Origin: a bacterium | GTDB lineage: Bacteria; Patescibacteriota; UBA1384; DTJR01 | DNA length: 36,209 nucleotides | Assembly: GCA_043823315.1 (NCBI GenBank) | Contig: JBDRAU010000027.1 | Location: 1-36,209 of the forward strand | Reading direction: 5' to 3' | Shown here: piece by piece, positions 9,223 to 14,449 of the stretch | Layout of the letters: each line of letters starts with the position of its first letter | Numbering within the stretch: the stretch's first letter is position 1 | Program-made: the position numbers and the translations under genes | Notes under the pieces: model-generated | The model's input: only the letters and a program-made list of their open reading frames with translations | Databases searched by the model: none | What the model was told of the DNA's origin: nothing

Positions 9223-9873
9223 TTATTTATTATTCTTTAGCCAAATATATACTACTTCTTTGTCGGGAGATTTCAATTCTTTTTCGATTATAAAATATTG
9301 TTCTAAAAGTTTTTTGAGTTTTGTTTCGGAAAGAGGGCTTATGTGTCCTAGGCTATACTTTTTGTCGTTGTGGTCAATTTTATGAGAGATAAATAAATGT
9401 CCACTTCGTTTTAAAACTCTTGATGTTTCGGCAATTACTTTTTGGGGGTTTTTGACGTGGTCGATCGTAGCGCACAAAAATCCCCATTCAAATTCATTAT
9501 CCCCAAAGGGTATCTGCTCTGCCGAATCTTGGATGAAAATAAGTTGATTCTTTTTGTAAGATGAGGTCTTTAAAATATCTTTTCTAAATAATGGATCCAA
9601 AACCGTATAAAGCCCGCCAGCTCGCCAATATTTACTCATCCAACCGCTACCGCCTCCGATATCGATTAAATCTCCAGAGATTTTGGTTTTTCCAATAACA
9701 TTTTCTAAATTTTTCGCCGTTAGGAAAAAATCTCGTTTGGTTACTTTTGCGTGAATAACCCAGAGCTTAAAAAGAATCTGATAAAACCACCACAAAGAGG
9801 CGTTATCTCGGCTTTTCTTTAAAAAAACATTCTTATATTTCTCTTCGTACTTATCTCTATTGATAATTTTCAT
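9223..9873 (-). CDS. Class I SAM-dependent methyltransferase
   Basis: Motif I LIDIGGGSGW and WGFLCATIDHV. The stop lies 1 nt from the 5' end of tRNA-Pro. Confidence 0.7.
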   Translation of the reverse strand: MKIINRDKYEEKYKNVFLKKSRDNASLWWFYQILFKLWVIHAKVTKRDFFLTAKNLENVIGKTKISGDLIDIGGGSGWMSKYWRAGGLYTVLDPLFRKDILKTSSYKKNQLIFIQDSAEQIPFGDNEFEWGFLCATIDHVKNPQKVIAETSRVLKRSGHLFISHKIDHNDKKYSLGHISPLSETKLKKLLEQYFIIEKELKSPDKEVVYIWLKNNK

Positions 9874-9876
9874 TTT

Positions 9877-9909
9877 AAAAACCCGCCGGGCAGATGCCCT
9901 CTAGGCGGG
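9877..9909 (-). terminator. Intrinsic-terminator-like hairpin plus U5, ending 3 nt before the ATG of the 9223..9873 gene
   Basis: Minus strand: CCCGCC-UAGA-GGGC-AUCU-GCCC-GGCGGG UUUUU AAA AUG. Confidence 0.5.
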
Positions 9910-9997
9910 AGCCCCTGCGGGCGGTGATGATTTGTTCCTGTTATTACAGGTGGGTGAGTTCAGGACTACTCCGCAGAATAGGCCGATTCGCTCTCCC
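9877..9997 (-). promoter_or_regulatory. Candidate structured cis-regulatory leader (riboswitch-like or attenuator) of the methyltransferase gene
   Basis: GC-rich ~120-nt block in an AT-rich spacer. Nested helices are GGGAG/CUCCC and CUGCGG/CCGCAG, with an internal hairpin CCUGU-AAUA-ACAGG. The 3' strand of the outer helix overlaps the 5' arm of the terminator. Confidence 0.35.
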
Positions 9998-10053
9998 TTA
10001 TATAAAATTGTTGAAACAATTATCGATCACATACACAGGGGCACTTTGATTTT

Positions 10054-10123
10054 ACCCCCACACCTATTTTTTAGCAATTGTGCACAAGTATCTTTTAAAC
10101 AATGTAGATATAGGTGTGGGGGT
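10054..10123. repeat. Perfect 14-bp inverted repeat pair (ACCCCCACACCTAT / ATAGGTGTGGGGGT) with a 42-nt spacer; an ORF-less relative of the IRs flanking the GIY-YIG remnant at 32430-32709
   Basis: Arms are at 10054-10067 and 10110-10123. They share the core CCCCCACACC with 32430-32439 and 32700-32709. Confidence 0.8.
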
Positions 10124-10133
10124 GTATCAATTT

Positions 10134-10730
10134 TTAAATTAGATGGATAATCGCATTCGACAGTGAATCACCGAGGTTAAATAAAAAGTCTGCGCCTGAT
10201 CCAAAAAGCAGTAAAAATGCAATTAGAATAAAGGGGCCATAGCGCTCGAGATTAAAATAACTTTCTTCGCTTAGGACCAGATGCCAAATTTTACTTCCAT
10301 CAAGCGGAGGAATTGGCAGGAGGTTAAATAAGGCTAATATGACGTTAATCCTGATGAGAATAGTTAGAAAACTCAAAGAGGGGATTAATCCCACGATTAC
10401 TCCCAGAATTACGGCAAAGATAAGATTTGATGCCGGTCCTGAGAGTGCGGTTAAAAAATGATCACGAGCAGGGTTTTTGAAATTATAAATGTTCACCATG
10501 ACGGGTTTAGCCCAGCCAAAAGCAGGAAGACCTGAAATAATTAGGAAAAGCGGAAGAAGGATAGTTCCAAAAAGATCTATGTGCCGCAGCGGATTAAGTG
10601 ATAACCGCCCCTCATGCTTGCTGGTGGGGTCTCCGAGCTTGTCGGCGATAAACGAATGCGCTGCTTCGTGGACCGAAAGACAGATAAAAAAAGCTATAAA
10701 CGTTAGAATGAGTGTTATTACGTTTTCCAT
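10134..10730 (-). CDS. Peptidase M50 / site-2 protease family membrane metalloprotease
   Basis: HExxH motif in a TM helix (LSVHEAAHSFIADKLGD), LNPLRHID, NLLPIPPLDGSKI. Confidence 0.85.
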   Translation of the reverse strand: MENVITLILTFIAFFICLSVHEAAHSFIADKLGDPTSKHEGRLSLNPLRHIDLFGTILLPLFLIISGLPAFGWAKPVMVNIYNFKNPARDHFLTALSGPASNLIFAVILGVIVGLIPSLSFLTILIRINVILALFNLLPIPPLDGSKIWHLVLSEESYFNLERYGPFILIAFLLLFGSGADFLFNLGDSLSNAIIHLI

Positions 10731-10811
10731 GGGGGCTATTTCATCTCTTGATAAAAGTTATTTTTATTGATATGATGTTGATCGAGTTAATCTTAATTAA
10801 AAAGAGTACAA

Positions 10812-11015
10812 ATGTCAAAGGTACAAACCAAGCATATCAGTTCAAAATTTTGCTACTTGTGTGGTAAGGGCGATACGATGAGCTTGAATCGTCCGAACTC
10901 TTTGCATAAAACAAAAAGAGTCGTAAAGCCTAATTTGCAAAAAAAGAATGGGCTTACTTTCTGTCAGAACTGTTTTAGAACTCTCAAGAAGAAAAATATA
11001 TCGATTAAGCCTTAA
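10812..11015 (+). CDS. rpmB: Ribosomal protein L28
   Basis: CYLCGKG...SLHKTKRVVKPNLQKK fits the L28 signature C-x2-CGK...TKR..PNLQ. 67 aa. Confidence 0.7.
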   Translation: MSKVQTKHISSKFCYLCGKGDTMSLNRPNSLHKTKRVVKPNLQKKNGLTFCQNCFRTLKKKNISIKP

Positions 11016-11337
11016 CAGGCGTTTCGGCTGGTTTTTCTAAGGGTTTATTTTTTTGATATTCCTTAACGGACTTTTTGTAGCAATCATCGCAAATTGCTAC
11101 TCGATCTTTTGGTGGGGGAGTAATCATGGCTGCATCCTTCTTGCAAAGTCCGCAGTGAATATAAAACATATTCTCATTTCGAAGCTTGTTTGCTTTATCT
11201 CGACAATCAGAACACTTTTGGGGCTGTTTCTTGAAGCCCTTTTTTTCGTAATACCGTTGCTCCTGCTTGCTCCAAGGAAATTCCTTTTGGCAGGTGCGAC
11301 AGGTTAAAACTTTGTCTTCTATTGTATTTTCTTCCAT
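11005..11337 (-). CDS. Zinc-ribbon domain protein (CxxC...CxxC, zf-trcl-like)
   Basis: CRTCQKEFPWSKQEQRYYEKKGFKKQPQKCSDCR plus a second Cys cluster CGLC...CDDC. The start was chosen at MEENT; the tracked ORF begins at 11391. Confidence 0.5.
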   Translation of the reverse strand: MEENTIEDKVLTCRTCQKEFPWSKQEQRYYEKKGFKKQPQKCSDCRDKANKLRNENMFYIHCGLCKKDAAMITPPPKDRVAICDDCYKKSVKEYQKNKPLEKPAETPVKA

Positions 11338-11362
11338 AAATTGTGATATTGAAGTTAGTAAC

Positions 11363-12028
11363 ATGATATCAAAAAAACAAGCCCTTATCAAAGAACTTAA
11401 ACGTTCCAGCCAACCCGTTTTAATTGCTGACGAAGGCGATTATGATTGGGGTGCTTTGATAGCTGAAAATCTACTTATAAAGCAGGAAGCTCACAATAAA
11501 TTCGAAGCCTCGGAAGGTGTTGAGATTTTAAGGGGGGTTCTAAAAGATCTCTACATGAAACCAATAAGCTCTTCTTTAAAATTGTTCGTGATAGGCTCTA
11601 CGGAGCTCCTCAAGAGAGAACAGGCCAATACGCTTCTTAAACTACTCGAGGAGCCACCCGTTTACCTTAAGGTTGTCTTAATAACAAAGAACCTCTCTAA
11701 AGTAATAGATACGATCAAATCAAGGTCGAAAATCATCATAATGCCAAAGACAAACTTACCTTACGATCGTGAAAATAGTTTTATAAACCTGCTCAGCGGT
11801 TCGTTCAAGAATTATTCGGATGAAATTGGTAAACTCGAAAGAGGCGACTTTACGAGGCTGCTTTTAAATGGTATTGAAGAAGTTAAGAAAATAATGTTAA
11901 ATAAAACTGGCCTTGATGTGCTTAAAAAAATATCCGTAGCTATCTCAAAGGTGGAAAATACAAATGTTAACTACAAGCTAGTTGCCGAAGAATTATTTAT
12001 TTATTTTAAAAGTAGAAGAGTATTATGA
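11363..12028 (+). CDS. holB: DNA polymerase III delta-prime-like clamp-loader subunit (short)
   Basis: Motif ANTLLKLLEEPPVYLKVVLIT...TIKSRS. The start was moved to MISKKQ because the upstream part of the tracked ORF overlaps the divergent gene. Confidence 0.6.
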   Translation: MISKKQALIKELKRSSQPVLIADEGDYDWGALIAENLLIKQEAHNKFEASEGVEILRGVLKDLYMKPISSSLKLFVIGSTELLKREQANTLLKLLEEPPVYLKVVLITKNLSKVIDTIKSRSKIIIMPKTNLPYDRENSFINLLSGSFKNYSDEIGKLERGDFTRLLLNGIEEVKKIMLNKTGLDVLKKISVAISKVENTNVNYKLVAEELFIYFKSRRVL

Positions 12029-12549
12029 TAATTTATCCTGCCATAATTTTGTTTTTGCTCGTTGCGGGATTTGTAATTGTTTATCGCAGGGCATATCTGG
12101 TAGAGAACGACGAAGAACTCAAAGATCAAATTACATCTGTCGACAAACAAGACAAAGTAGAAATTTCCCAAAGTGAGATAAATCCCTTTGAAGAACAGGA
12201 GGAAAATTTTACCAAGGCAGAAGAACTCTTTAAAAAGAAACAATATATTTCTGCCGAGCGATGGTATATAGAGGCGGTAAAAAAGAATCCCAAAAATGGA
12301 GTTATTTTTTCGAGATTGGCTGTAATTTATCTGGAGCAAAAAAGCTACACCGATGCGATAGATTCCCTCAAAGAAGCGCTAAAATTAAATCCTGGGAGTG
12401 CCGTAAATAATTTCAATCTTTCCTTTGCTTATAACTCGATTGGTGATTCCAAGGAAGCTGTTCTAGCTGTTAAAAAAGCAATTAAGTTAGATCCTAAAAA
12501 TAAGAAATATAAAAAGTGGCTCCAACAATTAAAGGTCAAACCGTTCTAA
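12025..12549 (+). CDS. TPR-repeat protein with an N-terminal TM helix
   Basis: IIYPAIILFLLVAGFVIVY followed by TPR-like repeats (AERWYIEAVKKNPKN, YTDAIDSLKEALKLNPGS, SKEAVLAVKKAIKLDPKN). ATGA overlap with holB. Confidence 0.7.
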   Translation: MIIYPAIILFLLVAGFVIVYRRAYLVENDEELKDQITSVDKQDKVEISQSEINPFEEQEENFTKAEELFKKKQYISAERWYIEAVKKNPKNGVIFSRLAVIYLEQKSYTDAIDSLKEALKLNPGSAVNNFNLSFAYNSIGDSKEAVLAVKKAIKLDPKNKKYKKWLQQLKVKPF

Positions 12550-12562
12550 ATCCTGCATTATC

Positions 12563-12591
12563 TTGAGTAAGACCTGTTTTTCTGTTAATAT
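12563..12591 (+). promoter_or_regulatory. Possible promoter of the tRNA cluster (TTGAGT-17-TAATAT)
   Basis: The hexamers have 17-nt spacing and lie about 35 nt upstream of the first tRNA-like sequence. Confidence 0.35.
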
Positions 12592-12624
12592 ATATTCAGT
12601 CATTTGATAGACCTTTTAAGGTTT

Positions 12625-12713
12625 GCCGATATAGCCCCGACGATCGTAGCTGTCGGGGTCCCGACCAGAGCGTCGGGACTCAGATTCCAGGGGGATCCTT
12701 CGGTTGGTAGAGT
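12625..12713 (+). other. Interrupted 5' fragment of a Thr-type tRNA (acceptor strand plus D arm) carrying GC-hairpin insertions
   Basis: GCCGATATAG | hairpins at 12635-12658 and 12659-12678 | CTCAG | 20-nt insert | TTGGTAGAGT. Compare the intact GCCGACATAGCTCAGTTGGTAGAGC at 13446. Confidence 0.5.
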
Positions 12714-12724
12714 CCTGTTTTTTT

Positions 12725-12799
12725 GCCAGCGTAGCTCAGTGGTAGAGCAGCACTTTTGTAAAGTGACGGTCGGGGGTTCGAATCCCTTCGCTGGCTCCA
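12725..12799 (+). tRNA. tRNA-Thr (anticodon UGU), CCA encoded
   Basis: GCCAGCG TA GCTC AGTGGTA GAGC A GCACT TTTGTAA AGTGA CGGTC GGGGG TTCGAAT CCCTT CGCTGGC T CCA (75 nt, with a 27:43 mismatch). Confidence 0.9.
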
Positions 12800-12945
12800 G
12801 ATTTCACCGATTGGGGCTTGCCCCAAGCGGTGAAAGATTTGGAGACACGAGAAGATTCGAAGGCCGGAGCAGCTTGGCTGCGAGGCGGGGTCGACGGCAA
12901 AATCAGCAGATTTTGACCGGTGACCAAATCCCTTCGCTGGCTCCA
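12800..12945 (+). ncRNA. tRNA-3'-linked structured element, copy 1 (novel family; ends in a second copy of tRNA-Thr(UGU) positions ~58-76 plus CCA)
   Basis: Starts GATTT directly after the CCA. It has three hairpins and the invariant blocks TCGAAGGCCG, GCGAGGCGGGGT and GTGACC, and ends in AATCCCTTCGCTGGCTCCA. Confidence 0.6.
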
Positions 12946-12964
12946 AAATGAGCTGAGTAAAAGT

Positions 12965-12998
12965 AGGTCGTCCCGCCACGGCGGGACTATCGGCTCCA
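12965..12998 (+). other. Orphan tRNA 3' fragment whose acceptor strand matches the 5' fragment at 12625
   Basis: AGGTC + hairpin GTCCCGCC-ACG-GCGGGAC (in place of a T arm) + TATCGGC T CCA. TATCGGC is the exact complement of GCCGATA at 12625-12631. Confidence 0.5.
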
Positions 12999-13006
12999 GA
13001 TGTCTT

Positions 13007-13050
13007 GCCGGGTTGGTAGAGTGGTCAATTACATCCCGCCGTGGGCGGGA
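13007..13050 (+). other. Orphan class-II-like tRNA 5' fragment (acceptor plus D arm) followed by a GC hairpin
   Basis: GCCGGGT TG GTAG AGTGGTCAA TTAC A, then TCCCGCC-GTG-GGCGGGA. No matching 3' strand (ACCCGGC) was found nearby. Confidence 0.35.
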
Positions 13051-13061
13051 CGCCTCTAAAA

Positions 13062-13328
13062 ATGTATTATACATATATATTAAAAAGTAAAATCGATGGA
13101 AGTTATTATATTGGATCAACTTCTTGCTTGAGAGAAAGGGTAGAAAGACATAATTGCAAGCATGCTGGGTATACTGCGAAAAAAGCACCTTACAAACTAG
13201 TACATTTTGAAAAATTTCTGACGCGTTCGCAGGCCGTTAGTAGAGAGAAAAAGATAAAATCATACAAAGGCGGCGAAGCATTTAGGAAATTAATTTGCTG
13301 GAGTAGCGAAGTGGTCAAACGCATCTGA
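13062..13328 (+). CDS. Small GIY-YIG nuclease family protein (URI domain); its 3' end overlaps tRNA-Tyr by 32 nt
   Basis: MYYTYILKSKIDGSYYIGSTSCLRERVERHN...KKIKSYKGGEAFRKLI shows the GIY/YIG motifs. The start was taken at Met-8 of the tracked ORF. Confidence 0.75.
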   Translation: MYYTYILKSKIDGSYYIGSTSCLRERVERHNCKHAGYTAKKAPYKLVHFEKFLTRSQAVSREKKIKSYKGGEAFRKLICWSSEVVKRI

Positions 13329-13383
13329 CTGTAAATCAGACGGCCTTGCGCCTTCGGGAGTTCGAATCTCTCCTCCAGCACCA
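13297..13383 (+). tRNA. tRNA-Tyr (anticodon GUA), long variable arm, CCA encoded
   Basis: GCTGGAG TA GCG AAGTGGTCAAA CGC A TCTGA CTGTAAA TCAGA CGGCCTTGCGCCTTC GGGAG TTCGAAT CTCTC CTCCAGC A CCA (87 nt). Confidence 0.9.
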
Positions 13384-13385
13384 TT

Positions 13386-13436
13386 GCCGATGTAACTCAG
13401 CTTGCCCCGCCCATGACAGGCGGGGTGAAGTAGAGT
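13386..13436 (+). other. Orphan Thr-type tRNA 5' fragment with a GC hairpin in the D loop
   Basis: GCCGATG TA ACTC AGC TTG [CCCCGCC-CATGACA-GGCGGGG] TGAAGTA GAGT. Its acceptor strand is complementary to CATCGGC at 13637-13643. Confidence 0.5.
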
Positions 13437-13445
13437 AAACGATAA

Positions 13446-13521
13446 GCCGACATAGCTCAGTTGGTAGAGCGCGATCATGGTAAGATTGAGGTCCGCGGTT
13501 CGAATCCGCGTGTCGGCTCCA
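13446..13521 (+). tRNA. tRNA-Thr (anticodon GGU), CCA encoded
   Basis: GCCGACA TA GCTC AGTTGGTA GAGC G CGATC ATGGTAA GATTG AGGTC CGCGG TTCGAAT CCGCG TGTCGGC T CCA (76 nt). Confidence 0.9.
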
Positions 13522-13647
13522 GATTTATTGTAAATAAATATTTGGAGACGACAGGATTCGAAGGCCGCAGCCGCGACGGCGGCGAGGCGGGGTCGAGAGA
13601 TTTGCTAGCAGGCAAATACTCGTGACCGAATCCGCTCATCGGCTCCA
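13522..13647 (+). ncRNA. tRNA-3'-linked structured element, copy 2
   Basis: Same block order as copy 1. It ends in CGAATCCGC TCA TCGGCTCCA, which differs from the adjacent tRNA at 3 acceptor positions. Confidence 0.6.
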
Positions 13648-13662
13648 TAAATAAAGAAAATT

Positions 13663-13881
13663 ATGAAAAAAATATTCTTCAATTATACATTCGGCTTGAT
13701 ATTGATCGTTGGATCGGTTGCGACCTTTGCTCAATCGTTGAATCCGACTTTTCTTGCCTCGGCCGATGCGGCAGATGTTCCCATCCTCACATCTTCGGTA
13801 GTTCTCTCTTCTGTAGGAGGAATTCTGTTTATAGGTGGGTTTCTAATTATTGTTTTTAAAGTAATGAAAGGAAAGCGTTGA
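13663..13881 (+). CDS. Small secreted/membrane protein (signal peptide plus C-terminal TM helix)
   Basis: 72 aa with an N-terminal hydrophobic segment ending AQS and a C-terminal helix GGILFIGGFLIIVF. No homolog recognised. Confidence 0.4.
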   Translation: MKKIFFNYTFGLILIVGSVATFAQSLNPTFLASADAADVPILTSSVVLSSVGGILFIGGFLIIVFKVMKGKR

Positions 13882-13882
13882 T

Positions 13883-14050
13883 ATGGCTAAAAAAGGAACA
13901 AGATTAAGTAACTTACCTCTAGAATGCAGCAAGTGTGGCAGGAGAAATTATGTATCGAGTCGCTCAAATATCCAGCCAGTTAAAAAACTCGATATGAAGA
14001 AGTTTTGCCAAAAGTGTAAGGAACATACGCAGCACAAAGAGAGTAAATAA
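13883..14050 (+). CDS. rpmG: Ribosomal protein L33 (55 aa; below the ORF-track size cutoff)
   Basis: Own translation: MAKKGTRLSNLPLECSKCGRRNYVSSRSNIQPVKKLDMKKFCQKCKEHTQHKESK. It has the two CxxC pairs and the KE(S/T)K end typical of L33, followed by tRNA-Trp as in many bacteria. Confidence 0.85.
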   Translation: MAKKGTRLSNLPLECSKCGRRNYVSSRSNIQPVKKLDMKKFCQKCKEHTQHKESK

Positions 14051-14098
14051 TTGAAAATTGGAATTTAAGAATTGAAAATTCCGCCGATAGGCGGATGT

Positions 14099-14172
14099 AG
14101 GCCCTTGGTTAAACGGTATAATGGCGGTCTCCAAAACCGCAGTCAGAGGTTCGACTCCTCTAGGGCCTGCCA
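14099..14172 (+). tRNA. tRNA-Trp (anticodon CCA), CCA end encoded
   Basis: AGGCCCT TG GTTA AACGGTA TAAT G GCGGT CTCCAAA ACCGC AGTC AGAGG TTCGACT CCTCT AGGGCCT G CCA (74 nt). Confidence 0.9.
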
Positions 14173-14315
14173 GATTTTTGCAACCACCGGAGGTGGGTGC
14201 AAAAATATTTGACGACCAAGGAGTCGAAGGCCGGAGCGAGTGAAGACGAGCGAGGCGGGGTAGCGAGTCGCGCCAGCAGGCGCGAACTTGTGACCGACTC
14301 CTCTAGGGCCTGCCA
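14173..14315 (+). ncRNA. tRNA-3'-linked structured element, copy 3
   Basis: Same block order as copies 1 and 2. It ends in CGACTCCTCTAGGGCCTGCCA, identical to the last 21 nt of tRNA-Trp. Confidence 0.6.
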
Positions 14316-14449
14316 TATGTTGAACGAGTTCCACCTTGTTGGGACGAGAGAAGACAGGTGCGTCCGGTAATTGACGCTTCTGCAATAATACGACGTAGTC
14401 GATTTTGCAGAAAGGAATACTAACCGGACCAATATGATTTTTTAACAAA

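Noticed and set aside
9877-9997. The GC-rich block as SRP (4.5S) RNA or another housekeeping RNA.
   Set aside because: It lacks the conserved helix-8 motif (GGAA tetraloop with AGCA/AGG symmetric loop). It is also too short for RNase P, tmRNA or 6S.
12604-13478. Tracked ORFs over the tRNA cluster: 12604..12951 +, 12680..12979 -, 12736..13188 -, 13190..13384 -, 13290..13478 -.
   Set aside because: They run through intact tRNA genes, tRNA fragments and GC-rich structured elements. They have no RBS and their composition is low-complexity Arg/Gly/Pro/Ser, typical of GC-rich non-coding DNA.
12800-14315. The tRNA-linked elements as group I introns, hammerhead/HDV-like ribozymes or T-boxes.
   Set aside because: - They lie after the CCA rather than in the anticodon loop, and at 126-146 nt are too short for a group I core.
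- No CUGAUGA...GAAA hammerhead core was seen.
- The first helix is a local hairpin rather than the nested double pseudoknot of HDV-like ribozymes.
- They carry a copy of the tRNA 3' end, not its complement as a T-box would.
- Self-cleavage is still not excluded; see the findings.
14316-14449. A T-box leader upstream of ileS, and likewise upstream of cysS at 26253-26349.
   Set aside because: There is no T-box sequence (..GGUNCCGCG-type motif), no specifier-loop architecture and no terminator/antiterminator pair.
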